A DNA stretch of 64,000 nucleotides from Cirrosporium novae-zelandiae (Eukaryota). The stretch spans positions 124,001 through 188,000 of the forward strand of contig JAPETS010000044.1 of NCBI GenBank assembly GCA_026023565.1, given 5' to 3'. The notes beneath the pieces were generated by a model. The model was not told the origin of the DNA. It searched no databases and was given only the letters and a program-made list of their open reading frames with translations. How positions within the stretch are numbered: the stretch's first letter is position 1; each line of letters opens with the position of its first letter. A program made the translations under genes and the position numbers. Positions 38,692-51,861 of the stretch are shown here, piece after piece.

Positions 38692-41166
38692 ACTAGATAA
38701 GAATTATCGCTTCAACAGCAAAAGGTTATAATTTTTGGGATAGTTGCTTCAAGAGAGGAATAGATGATAAAGTGTATAAACAACGAAATGATATGGCTTT
38801 CAAGGCCACGAAGGTGTTGAGCCCTCCAGCCTTGTGATCTATTTAGTCATATAACTAAAGCGGGAGAGAACCTATTATAATCCTGGTTGTCTAATTGTGA
38901 AATACTTTTTCTGAAGTGATTGGTACGCGCATCTATAGACATCATTACAGCGAAAAGATACTAGAGACATTGATAGATATATTTTTCAATAGTAATAGAT
39001 CCGAATAAATTAACAACAATTTGATTTTCAGCAAAAACACAACAGAAAAAATGTCAATTAAATTCTTAAATAACCGACAGCATAGAGGTTGAGGCTGAGG
39101 GTGAGCTTAATTACACTACACCGTTAAACATGCGACCCTCCCTCGGGTTATTTCGCAAAGCCAATTTCTGCTCTATTGCCGGGACTCGGGGTTTATTGCC
39201 TCCAGGCTCTTTAGCGTAACCACCTCCAACATCTCACTTCGTCAATACAATAAACAATTTTCATATTGAACGAACTTGGCTCAATATATCATTTCAGAGA
39301 GAGGATCTTATATTGAAGCCTTTCCAGCGCCGGTTATCCAGATGAACAAAGGCTCTGTTTCTCCTCTCTTCTTTCATAATATCAATTCGCAAGAAACAAG
39401 CCCCATAGGTATCGTTATGGTCAAGAGGTTAATAATTGATATAAGAAATACTATTTAAAGTTATTGCACTGTACAATGTCGGTATAGACTATATTATTTT
39501 TGCTGTTCATTGTCCTACTCGCCTGTCTCTTTAGTAGCAGCTTGTATGTTATGCTTGGTCCTTCCGAGCGTCATAAAGAAAGAAGGGAGAAACCTAGAGT
39601 TCGAAGCTAAGCTGTTGCAGGTGACTTCTGTGATTTGGGCTCTTACCTGTCGCTATTGGGTCGGATGTAATTTTCGAAAGCTACCTAGGTACGTTGCGAT
39701 GTTCCATGATACCACTATCCCGAAAATTGGGATCTCTCATCACTGAGAAGGCGAAAAGGGTATGCCACGGTATAGCCCATCTTTTGAAAGAAAAAATAGC
39801 ATTGTTTCAAGAGATTCAAAGGAGATACAAAAAACCTGAAATAGCAGAATCAGGATCATGAAGCCAAATCGGCCCATTACAACCTCCTTGAAACTTTCCA
39901 GCTGGTTAAATGAAATAAAATGGCCTGCGTTTCAATTTTTGGAATATCTGAATCGCTATAGAGATTCCCCCCTCCTTTTCTAACCCTTCTCTCTCTCGTC
40001 ACCGACAATGAGCCCCCATGTCTTCCCACTATGACGGAGAGTCTTATGCCTATTCATATTTTTCAATGGCGAAGACACGAAATGCATACTCAACTCTTAT
40101 AGAGGTTTCTGCTTCCACTTTGAATTGAGTTGTTCACAACCTTATGGAAAATAAACAACAATGTCATATCGAAGTGTTGATTCGATTGGCTGTCAATCTT
40201 TGTTAAGCCTTGCCCTTACACCATTGGACAGTCTCAGTGCCTCTGCTAAGTGGCAGCTCAGCCGTCATTCCTTAGTTGAGTTCTACGCTCTATAAAATCA
40301 TATCAGTCGACCTAAGGCAACGATTTCACAAAGGAATATTATTTGATGATGCAAGGCTAATCGCTTTCGCTTGGTGATTTTCGCTTATTGACTCTAGACT
40401 TTCAGAATCACCAATTATCCTATGTTTGGACTTATTTGATTATCCGGTGTAGGTGATAGCACCCTACTAATGACGAAGCAAATAAACCTAGCAAAGCGAA
40501 ATTAGTAGACAGTGCTTTTTCCTCAAATTCAGCACCGTTCTAGAAGGCTCTAAAAGACGTTTACAGCAAAAGATTACATTATTTTCTTTTATTTAGAGAA
40601 TAAGTCCTTGGCGCTAGAGCTTGTGGCTTGACTTTTCAGCTGGTTCTAGGTTGCGGGGTTGATAAAGGCGAGTGTTCATATCTCTCGTTTAGTGGGTGTG
40701 GCCAAAAGTTAAGCGAGGTCAAAAATTAGTCCCATCTTTGGCATCCCGTATTGAGGACAATCACCGATTGCATAAACTGTCTTTGTTTAGTATACCTCTT
40801 TTGGGAGCGATGCCGTCCATGACTAGACGATCATGAACCATCGTTGGCTACATCGCCGAAGGCTTTTTGGCTCTGCTTGATTGTGGCACCTAGCAGCAGG
40901 TAACCGTCCAACTACCATCAACACCAAATCTAGGTGCAAGTTGTCTTTGGATGAGCTTAGTTCAACCACGCTAATAATGTCGGGTGCATTAAGGAACTCC
41001 ATATTGTTAGATAGAGATTAGATCTTCCGCCTACACCTGTGGCATCCAATAAAATCCGGTTAGCAATTACTGAAATTTAGTGATATAAGATGGAGAGAAT
41101 CCCCAAGTCGAGCTTTCTGATATCTCTTATTTTATTTCTTTCTCTCCTTTCTATAGCTTGACCAAA

Positions 41167-43746
41167 ATGCATAGATTTCGCTTCACAAACCGGACTGGTG
41201 TTAAGGCCGAGACCGTCGGTGCAAGAACATGGCTATGGTCTGGAAATTATGGAAATGTAGATGGTATAGAATGGAAAGATACTGTTGTGAATAACGATTA
41301 CCAAACAGGCTGGTTTGCTGGTTAGTTAACCTGTTCATTTCCAGGTGTTCAGGTATTCATTGACGGTCTTTTAGTGCCCTCAGGATTCCATAGAATGGCT
41401 GTCTATATTCGGCTAGACTTCCCTGGACTGAATCCACTCGTCATATGTCTTTCAACAGTGTACCACGCACCCAAAAATGGAGGTAGTACCTCTGCAGAAG
41501 CATATATTGCTCTCAACCAGTCCCAGGAAGATCCCTTGCAACAGGATAACTGGCCATACAAGTATCTCATTTCTATATCTAAAGAATATCCTTCGGATGA
41601 AGGTGGGCTATTATAACGTACTCCACTTTCTACTACTACTGATTTATTTGGTGTTCAGTCCATCTCTCGATTAGCTGGAATCCGGCCTTTCAGGACCCTG
41701 CTTCAAGTGGAATGGTTACACACGTCACTATTCCTTGTCCACTGTTCCCTGTTTATCAGACTTTGAATGGTCGGACACAATGTACTTTCACACCTAAGGA
41801 TCTGGTTCTTCAAAGCGAAGACTCCGTGTCTACAGAAAGCTCACCTGTCGTGGCCGTGGCAGCTGATGATCTCCGTGTCATTGTCCATTTTAGTGATGCC
41901 CGCGCAGGAGGGGCTCCGCTTATGTTACAAGGATTCTTGGAAGTTGGGAACGAAATTGACACTGAACCATGCACTGAAGATCTTCATTTCAAACTTTACT
42001 GCAACAGGCTGGACCACGAAATCAAAATCAAAAAGTTTAAATCATACCTTCCATGGGGCCTCAAAGGTAAGATTCACTGGAGAGTCACTGTTATTGCCAC
42101 AAAGAAATGTCTCCATAAGGGCGTCGTGCCTTTGGAGATGTACTATCTATCGCCACATCTTCCACAATACTTACGGCAAGGTATACCTGCTTCCTTGTTA
42201 AGGATGTTTCTTTTACCTCTACGGAAAGATAAGATTGAGGACCATCAGAATACTTGGACGGCCTATGCTACTAAAAAGATACATGATCAGCCAAATGTTC
42301 ACTACAATTCGTTCCATGGCGGAGCACCAAGCTATACTCTAGCTGGTTGTTGGTTCGACGACGTAGGAGAGAGTCGCAGGAATGCAGTCACTCCTGTCAT
42401 GCTGGATCAATGGGTTGATGACTGCCTGGATACCGGTATACACACTTTATGCTGCTATGACCTTGCAGCTTTGGTGCAAGCTATACTCCCCTTGGGGTTA
42501 GGAACGCCAAATTACGATATTCGTATGAAGTATATGGCCCCATTTGGTTATATCAACGAAACGCATCTTATTGGGCGAACTATGACCAATAACCCTTTTT
42601 ATGGTAGCCGAGATAGTAACCTTAATCCGATCTGTGGAGTTAATGATGATGACCGTTCGGGCTTTAACAATCATATGTTTCTAAATATCAATCTGGATGA
42701 TGGTAACGGCTATCGAGTATTTGATGCGACATGTGGGCCTCAAATTGGTACAGATTCTCTTTCTGGATATATTGATCGAGCAATTGACTCGACAACCAAC
42801 CTAAAACATTACGACAAAGGAACCATATCGGACGTCAATGACGGAATTGGTGTGAGCCACCTCATATCACAGCCCGAGGTGCTCCCAGCAAGTTTCACGT
42901 CAACAAATCCTGAAACGGCCGCTGAATCGTTGTTTGGTCTTATGCACAGCCTTTATCCACAGGGGACCTCGCCACCAACACCTAATGTCACGGTTAAAGA
43001 CGGCGTTGTCTGGGCGACATGGTTTATAGATGTCGCAGGAGAGGTCCTCAAGCTTGATATCACATGTTACGATAATCACGAAGGCGCGAAACAATTATAC
43101 AATCGCACAAGAGCAGAAAAGTTTCCATTTCCATGGACTGATGAGTCCCGAGAACCTCCCAAGGGTGCCGGTGCCATCTGGAACTCTGGTGATGTAGATC
43201 ATAACCTCCGAATGGTGTCTATAGGCGAGGCTGGATTTGTTATGTGGGTGCAAAAAAATTACTTAGTCACTCTTAAAGGTCCCACGATCAAGGGGATCGA
43301 GAACTATGTTAAAGGTATACATGGGTACCTTGCCAAACTGAAAGACCCGGAGCCTCCACAGATCACATACGACAAGGCTAGCAATAAGCCAACTAAAGTT
43401 CCTGATACTTTTGATATTGTCCTACGGGGATTTGTATGTCGCTCATATATCTACCCTTCAGCTCTGCAACCCTTCACTGACATTCCGTGCCAGACCTCCA
43501 GCCATCCCATACCTTGTAATGTTGAAATTCAAAATGGGGTATGTCATCCTGGCTCTTTCATTCCAAGCCACTTCTAATTATAATCGTTAACAGAAAGCTC
43601 TTTTCCTTTCCTCGAAACCGGAAGGCGATATGGTGACCTTCTCGTTTCTGGCGAGGTTCCGAGGCGATGAGATCATCACGTTTACCGTCTTTAACAGTAA
43701 CATGCATGCTTTATCTCATACGGTGAAATTCTTCATCGAGGAGTGA
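41167..43746 (+). CDS. Uncharacterised multi-domain protein with a putative transglutaminase/papain-like Cys-His-Asp core
   Basis: Five exons splice in frame (introns near 41321-41373, 41603-41658, 43434-43493, 43539-43593); motifs CCYDLAA, PFGYINETHLIG, NNPFY, RSGFNNHMF, VFDATCGP. Confidence 0.75.
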
Positions 43747-44543
43747 CATTTCATCGAGTTAAATGAGGGGCTACTCCGACTCCTATCGGTGACTGACGAG
43801 AATTTAGTCTGAGTTTCAGCTATGCGAATAGCTTATGTTGTATGGTATATATATTGTATACCAAAATACGTTAAACCAGCTCTTTATATTTTAATCGTAC
43901 GTGCTTAAGACATCTGTATTTAACCTTAAACCATCTACCTAACACCGTAGCCCCTTTATCATCGTCTTTCCTCATCCAACAGGACATGAAGTCTCATTTT
44001 ATTTTAGCCACAAAACTAATATTTGGGGCGGAACTATTAGTTCCGGGTATATATAAGCTGTTATCTATAGCACTTATACATACTTATATTCCCTCTACTG
44101 TAAGCGCCAGATTATCTTGAAGAGCGATATCCAAGCTGACTAAGTTTCTACTATAAAAAAAAAGCTTTGAATTTTCGATTGCCTAAGACCTCAGGCTCAG
44201 ATTTACCCCTATTAAGCTAGCCTAAGCCTTGCAGCAAGCTTTATATATAGAAGCCTCGTAGAACCCCCCTATCTTTAGACACAAAGCAAAACAAACAATA
44301 CAATATATATATCTTTCCGAGCAGGCTGTTCAGCCCTATTTCTAATTCCCCAACTGCTTATATAAACGCTTAACCCCATAATTCTTTCACACTACCAATA
44401 TTATAGAAAGGCCCGGTTACGAACAGACCCTTAGAAACTAGTTCAAGTGCACCTTCCTCCTACAAGATGAATTTTTGAAATATGTAGAAATACTTAGCCG
44501 GGTATTCGTGTTGGCTTGAAGGGTAAATTAGGAATATTTGGGG

Positions 44544-45063
44544 TAGGGAAAGGAATAGACTAGACCAAATAGACGGTCTGACGTAGACCGACCAGACCTT
44601 GATTGCCCAAGGGTCTATCCGGTCTATATAAATACAAATTATATAATCGGGGGGGATAAATTTTTGTGGTGTTGAGGTTTTGGGGGAGCAATTTAGGGGA
44701 TTTTGGGTTCAACCTAAAGCCAAAAAAGGTATAGTCTAATAAGCCCCCCCCTATGGCGCCCGAATACCCACCCGTTTGTGCCTCTGAGAACTGAGGCTTC
44801 TGATTGACGCTTCTGTCGAGGCTCGCACTATAAGTATTTTATTGAATATTTAATTAAAAAACAAAATGAATGCTAAAAATTTTCGTTAAAACTTTGATTT
44901 ATATATTATAGAGTATAGAATTATCAATTGATTTAATCAAATCTTTGTTATATTATATAATTAGATGGTCTATAGACCGACTAGACCAAGCCTTTCATTT
45001 TATAAACCGACCTGACCGAAGAAGGGTCTTTGGTCTAATCAGTCTAGTCTATTCGGAACCCTG
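44544..45063. mobile_element. About 520-bp AGACC-repeat hAT-like non-autonomous element
   Basis: tagggaaaggaatagactagac ... gtctagtctattcggaaccctg inverted ends with multiple subterminal AGACC/GGTCT units and an AT-rich interior; TSD not seen. Confidence 0.65.
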
Positions 45064-45481
45064 CCTTCAAGACCTCTGATATTCGTCACCCGTCGTTTAG
45101 GAAGGGATCCTTCGTTAAGATTGTCTGTCACCAGATCAACTCGCATAACACAAGAATCTCTATCATCGTTCTTCTTAAGACCTGAGAGAGGTGCTCACCT
45201 CTTTGTTGAGCTGACAGGCCCCTCGGCAACTCGAAACGCTCAAGAACATCAGTATCAGTTCTTGCCAGTCAATCTACGGATCAATAAAAAGGGATTGTGT
45301 CCATTAGGGAACCCCCTCACTGTAGTAGTAAAGTAAAGCATCCCGGGCATTACTCGTGGCGAACTTGGCTAGGTTTTTAATCTTCAAAATCCCAACTCAA
45401 GTTATTATTATTATTATAGGGGGGGGGGCGGGGGTTGGTTCTGTCACAAAGGAAGAGAAGTAGAATACTAAAAAGGGGTTC

Positions 45482-45756
45482 TGTCACAAAGGAGGGGAAA
45501 TGGAGTACTAGAAGGGGTCGCTACGTCTGGGGACCAAGGGCGGGATGAAAACGGGGAAGTGGCGTTACGTGGCGCCGATAGGTTACCGAGAAGACATCAA
45601 ATAGAAAAACTTATATAAGAAGATAGAAGGAAAGCTGGGAAAGGCCAGCTTTCAGTCTTGTATTATATAGGAGTACTATTATTTCAATATTACTACGATA
45701 TGGACACACTACCTATCCGCATCGCTACCTACACTATCAGAGCCCCAACCTTGACA
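45482..45756. mobile_element. Solo LTR (275 bp)
   Basis: TGTCA...TGACA termini, 5-bp TSD GGTTC (45477-45481 and 45757-45761); the first 40 bp or so are tandemly duplicated at 45437-45476. Confidence 0.8.
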
Positions 45757-46177
45757 GGTTCCCAATCACGAGCTCTTTGCAAAAAAAAAAAAAAAAACGA
45801 ATAGACCTGTCTTACCCAAATACTTGAAGATGGAAAGTTCGAGATACATTCGTTCTACGAGAAAAGGAGGGCATGACGGGTCTATATGGAACTGCATGGC
45901 CTGGTTTAGTAAAAAAAATGTTAGATTAGATCATAGTTCATGCAATTTGACGTCCCAACTAGATACGTACCAGATGAATCTTGCTATACTTTCTCGCCAC
46001 GGGATTTTTATTAGTGTGTTAGTCATCCCCAAACTAATGGTTTGCTGTTTAAACTATATCGCGATTTAAAAAAAAAAAAAAAAAGAACTTGGGGAGTGGA
46101 TAATAAGAGCATGGCTACAGTCAGGAGCAGTCACATCACATCTCAGGGGAATTAAAGCTCTTGCGCCTTACTTCTTT

Positions 46178-46227
46178 TTCTTCTTCTTCTTCTTCTTCTT
46201 CTTCTTCTTCTTCTTCTTCTTCTTCTT
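46178..46227. repeat. (TTC)n microsatellite
   Basis: About 16 perfect TTC units. Confidence 0.95.
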
Positions 46228-47197
46228 GCTACAAAAGGATACACACTTCACCCATTTCACCCAGCAAAGAAAGAAAGAGAACCTAACCCTCAAAATACCT
46301 ATTCCCTACCATATATATACATTAACTCAATCTCTTCTTCTCCCACAAAAAAAAAAAAAAAAAGGGGGGGGGCAAGGGGGAAGGACAGGAAAAAAAGGAC
46401 CATTAAACCCCAACCTTTAGTACCGTCCAACAAAGAAAACAGAATCCTTTCTACATTTTAGGAACAGATTTCAGATATTTTCGAGATCGGTCATAAGTCT
46501 GTCCGTATCTGGTCTCAAATGATAAAAGATTTTTTTTTTTAATGGTTTTTTGTTATCGCTTTATGGCTATGTTATGTTGGGTCTGGTTAAGTTGGTTCTA
46601 TATAAGGGGAAGGGGAAGGGAAAGGAAAGGGGCTAATGTGAAGGATGTTTGGTGGTAATATCTATACATAGTTATATCCCTATCCCCTCCCCCTCCCTAA
46701 AACCAACAAGAAACCCAACGAACCCCCCCCTCAGTCCTATCCTCCCCTTTTCCCCCTTCTCTGTTTCATTTCCCCCAAATTCCAATAATCCATCTCCATC
46801 TCCATTCATCTCCTTTCCTTTCCATTTTTTTCCATTTTTGATGCCCCGATTACGGTTCTGGTCTGGTCTGTCTATAGTAATAAAGATAAAGATAAAGGCG
46901 TCCGAAAGTATAAGGGTTTCAGGGTTTCAGGGTGTAGAGGGCAGAGGAGGGTATTTATATATACAAGCTTAGGATAAGTCGGAAAGAAGGTTGATAGGGA
47001 GGGAGGGGAAAGTGTGGAGTATATTATATATATATATATATATTATTTATTTATTTATTATATGATATAATCAAATCGTAAAAGAAAAATCTAAATCGTG
47101 TTTTTTTTGGTATTTGGCTTGAAAAAAGGTCAGACATAACCACCATCACGCCCCCCGATGATTTATAAAAGAAAAAGAAGAATAAGAAACATTTAGT

Positions 47198-48528
47198 TCA
47201 TATACCATCCCCTCGACCCTGGTCCCGACCCTGACCCCCTTCCAACAACCCATCATCACCACTAATCCCACTTTCCACATCCAAATCCAAATTCTTCTCC
47301 CCCTTCTTCCCCTTCCTCCCCTTCTTCTTCTCCTTCTTTTCAAACTCCCCCAACCCCCCGGGCATAACCCGTCCCGGATGATAAAAATTAAATTCCATGA
47401 CCGCAAACAACATGGGCAGAGCTTCCAAACCATAGAAATATCCTTCTTTGGCTTCGTAGACGCTATAGATTCCTTTGGAGAATTCGAGGAAGCGGTAGAT
47501 TATTCGGATCTTTTTGATTTGGTTAGTGGGGGGTTGGAAACGGTGAGGGGGGGGGGGGGTGGATAAAGGGGGTGCTTACGGTAATTAGGATTAAAGATAA
47601 CCAGAGGAGGAATAAGAGGGTTCGCCAGCGGGTTGTGGAGCCGGGGTCGGAGGATTTGACGGATTTGTAGAAGCGGAGGGAGACGAAGGTGAATACTGTC
47701 ATGGAGACGAGTTGGAGGCCTAGGCCGCCCATTACTGTTGTTTGTTAGTTTTTTTCGTTTGCGAAGCTAGAGGAGGTGAATAAGTGGGTTAAAAACTTAC
47801 GAATATGAGTTCCTAGCTTGATGGAGTTTTCATCTGTTGAGGATAGCATGCATGCGCCGGCTGCTTGGACGAGGAATGATCTGGGGGGGGTTAGTTAAAT
47901 GGATTCGGAATTGAGAGGGCAAAGAATGCATGGGACTCACGCAACGTCTGATAAGATAAAAATCATGGAAAGCCGGCGTGCGGGGATCCCGAGACATTTC
48001 TTGTTATATATGAAAATATTTATGAGTCGTGCCAGTAACATGTAGTCGAACGCGTTTATCCCTGTGACAATGGAGGTTAGTGCCAGAGGGGAGGGGTCTG
48101 GAATGAGTGAAGAGGAGATGGGTCTTACATAGGGGGGCAAGGATGATCAGTATCTGTTGAGGTATGACCAAACCCAAAGAATTTATCTGGTCGTGGCATG
48201 GAACTCGCAAGGAGAAGCCCGCACATTCCCAGGTTGCGGCTAGAATAATAGTCCAGCAGTATTTCTATACGTCTATAGATGTCAGTCGTCTGTTGGTAAA
48301 AGGCAAACGAGATTGTATGCATGTTGCTTACGTTTCGGTATATAATTGCTTGGGTAATGTGGGCAATTGATGAGAGTCCAAAGAGTACGGCAAAAATAAT
48401 GGCAGCTGCTTCGGACGGATAGTATTGAAATGCTGATTTTCCGGTCGCATATAACTCTGTCGTGGTTTAGATTTGATATGGGAAGCTGGGGATAGGTCTT
48501 TACCAGTGATGTTTGTCGCAGGAGCCAT
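47198..48528 (-). CDS. RTA1-like 7-TM protein
   Basis: YYPSEAAAIIFAVLF, WECAGFSLR, IILAPL.INAFDYMLLAR, FILSDVASFLVQAAG, GLGLQL, IRIIYRFLEF, EALPM, HPGR. Confidence 0.9.
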
Positions 48529-49313
48529 ATTTGGCTAGAATATTAGGTCGATTAGGAGGTTGTCGGCGTGGGTTATGAACAGGGTTCTATTCTGGACCTT
48601 CTATATTCGTAAATGGGTATCTCAAAATGATCAAAGAGAAAAAAATATATAATATAGCAAGAGAATAAGAAAGCTCAATTAATTCCCTAGACAAAGACAA
48701 TGATTGTTCTTCCAGTACCTCCAGGAGACAGAAAGGAGTCTGCTATATAACATTTTTTCCAAGGCAGCAATATTCAGTTGGTCTGCGGGAGAAAGTAACA
48801 ATGGCCCTGTTCGGTGAGCAAGGCAGAATGACAATGATGAGATAATTGGCGAGCCAACGAACAGCACGATGCCATTGAATTCAACAACAGACGGAGAGAT
48901 AATAATGTGGTCGGTGTGCTGTGGTGGCTTAGCATTCAATTGAGAAATAGCATTTAACTTCCAAACAGTACAATACATAGTGGATGGACACAGTGAGTGG
49001 ATAGAATACGAGTAGTTGAAGAAGGATCCTATACTATGCATATCTTGTATGCTTGTCAAGTGAAGTGGTTCTCCTAGGGTCCAATTCCTTCGGTGGATGG
49101 TTTAGGCAGCTGTAAATAATGCTTATCAACACTTCTGATTGGCTTGCTCGCCTGTTCATAATCGCCTGGTCAGAAGCTACTTAGTAAGCCCCGCACGTGC
49201 CCCCTCCACTACCGAACTCTATTTCTCAAACACCAAACCAACAGTCAAATCCGCCCCATTTCCTTCAACCCCCCTTATCTAAACTCATAACCACCAACCC
49301 CATCGCAATAATA

Positions 49314-49751
49314 ATGACATCTCAAACCCCCGAACCCACAGACCAAAATTGCGCCGAAGCCAAAGCCGCATTCGAAGCTACCCTGCACTCCGTCGGCGCC
49401 AATCTCGACTCCGACCTACGCTCCCGCGCTACAATCCTCTCCGCCAATTCCGCCGCCATCTCCAAGCAGGAGGACCAGCTGGCCAGGAACACGGCGGCGC
49501 TGGAGAAGAAGTCGAATGAGTATCAGAAGATTGCCGATCAGAGTCGTCAGAAGCTCAAGGAGATTGGAGATATTCAGAATTGGGCGGAGATGATTGAGAG
49601 GGATTTGTTGGTTGTCGAGGAGACGTTGAGACAGACTGAAGAGGAGGAGGAGGAGGAGGAGCAGACTGCTGCTGGTGGGGGTGCTGATGCTGGTGGTGGT
49701 AGTAATTCTGAGCGTGAGCCGAATGGGAGATCTGGTGGGTGGTTTCGTTGA
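49314..49751 (+). CDS. bls1: BLOC-1 subunit 1 (BLOS1/GCN5L1 family)
   Basis: Family signature LKEIGDIQNWAEMIERDLLVVEETL in a short coiled-coil protein. Confidence 0.88.
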   Translation: MTSQTPEPTDQNCAEAKAAFEATLHSVGANLDSDLRSRATILSANSAAISKQEDQLARNTAALEKKSNEYQKIADQSRQKLKEIGDIQNWAEMIERDLLVVEETLRQTEEEEEEEEQTAAGGGADAGGGSNSEREPNGRSGGWFR

Positions 49752-50000
49752 TGGAGTCAAGGCTTTTGAACTTGGAATGTGTCTGACGAATTAATGATTT
49801 AATGATGATATTTGCAATGAATATACATGGCTATCAAGCCACGCATAGTTTCTTAGTATGGTCCGGCCACATGCGACACATGCGACACATGCGACACATC
49901 TGATATTTTCTATTAGAAGTTTTCAAGATCAGCTCGACAAGTTCCCGGGCCTCTTGAAACCAAACCGAACAAGCTGTATATAGATCCGGCAAAGTCCCAT

Positions 50001-51071
50001 TTACAATCTCAAAACTATAGCTCCAGGAATGGCCATTGCCCCTAAAACCATGGCCGCAATCCTGATTCCACCAACTCCTCGGCTTGAATCTAGTCTACTC
50101 GCTGCTGCACTTTTTGAAGCTGCTGCTGTCGCACTGCCGCTCAACACCGCCAAAGAGATGCTTCCCGAAGAGGTCTGCATAGTCGCTCCACTCGTTGGAG
50201 TTGCTGTCTGTGCAGGTGAATGAACAGAGAGAGAATATTTAATCTCAGACAAACTGGAGAGAGCTTCAACCGAGTTCAGGGCTTTGATCGAGACAGTGGT
50301 GTGGACGACAGTGGGTGCCGACTTCAACTCTAGAGTGCTCGTCTTCTGTACATGAGTGGAACCCTCCGCGTACCAATAAGTATAGTACGTGTAAGCCACG
50401 ACATAAGTAAAGTCGGTAGACAGGCTTGTCGCAGTTTCAAGCGGCAGCGAATCCACCGTCTCACTGCCACTTCCATTAAGGCTTCCTCCTCCAAGATAAT
50501 CGCCCGGAGCTTTGCAATTTATATCCATACAGCAACCTCTCAGACCTGAAGATGTCACCACACATATCATTCCAGCATCGCAGTAGTTGCCATTAGAGCA
50601 GCATATAGCATCCTGGGGTACGCAGCTGTTCACACAACATTTCCATCCCGAAGCACATTTTCCGCCGAATGAACAACACATTTCTCCGCTGCGGATACAG
50701 TTACCATCGCTGCAGCATCCTGTGTCTGATGGACAGCAAAAACCAGAATCTAATGTGGTCAGCAGGAACAGTGTATCGAGGGTCAGAGAAACGGTACTTC
50801 GAATACCGTGGACCTAAGACTTACTGCTGCAATAGCTGTAACCTGCTTGACAGATCTGACGGAAGCTGAGCAAAGAACGCTTGAAACTAGCGGTATGATC
50901 TGAAGTGCCGTCATCTGAAATATTTCCAAAGGCATTGAGATTGGGTGTCTCTTGAGAATACAGATAGATTGGCTGATCATCACGCACCGCAATCTCTAGG
51001 GCAGAGGTTGAGTGGCATTGGAAAAGTAGCAAGGTGACAATTGAAGTAAGAATAAATGAAAGGCTCTTCAT
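50001..51071 (-). CDS. Secreted cysteine-rich, probably GPI-anchored protein
   Basis: Signal peptide, repeated CC/C motifs (GFCCPSDTGCC...CCSFGGKC..CC..C...CC), Ser/Thr-rich stalk, hydrophobic C-terminus; 1 intron. Confidence 0.8.
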
Positions 51072-51861
51072 GGCTCTAGTAAATGGGGGTTGTTTATTTT
51101 GATGAGTGAATGAAGTTATGAGATCAAGTGGTCCTTGGAAGCGGTGGAAATCCGAGGGAGTATCAGGGGAAAGAGGGTGAGGCCTTTATTGTCCTCAGTC
51201 GCCTCCCAACATAACCAGTCGAGTCTGATGGCAGTTGAAGATAATACTACCTAGAAATGTTTATCTCACCAAGTAACCTGAGGTTGATAAGAAATTACAT
51301 CTTAAAATTGAGGTTGAAATCTCGGAAAGCAATCACCTACCATTAGGGGAAACGCAGAGGCCAGTGGATTGTACTACAGCTTTAGATTTGCGGAAGTAGG
51401 TGGGAGAGAGCAGTTGACACAAGAAATTTGGTTCAAACCTAAACCGTATGACATGAGAAAGATACCGTCAAATTGCCTGGGCGTAAACGGCTACCAGGTT
51501 GAGTAGATTCAGGATGGAATGATATATCGTCAGGAGGGGGATGAAAATACAAAAGAAATATCTCCGGCTAGGCAGCTGGTGGTGGCAGACCTATGAAATA
51601 AAAGATGGAATTGTAGCAGGTGTCGAAGTATCTGTGACTTCCCTTGGATCTGCAGAGAGCCGGAATGATAAGAGATGGTCCTGTGTTGTGTACATTTATA
51701 AGTACTTTTTATGGTCTCAGCCTACCTGCACACGCTGCAGAGGCCCTCGTCGCAGGTGAAACGTGACGTCATATACAACGCCATGATTAAAACATTGTAA
51801 CAAATAGGTATCTATGTACTGTACTAATAATCCTCCTTAGCCACCATCTCCAAATGAAGCC

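Noticed and set aside
39280..41000. Coding-like fragments upstream of the transglutaminase-like gene
   Set aside because: No recognisable motif or sustained reading frame
15000..46000. Starship element
   Set aside because: Cargo-like content, but no DUF3435 tyrosine recombinase or boundary repeats are visible in the window
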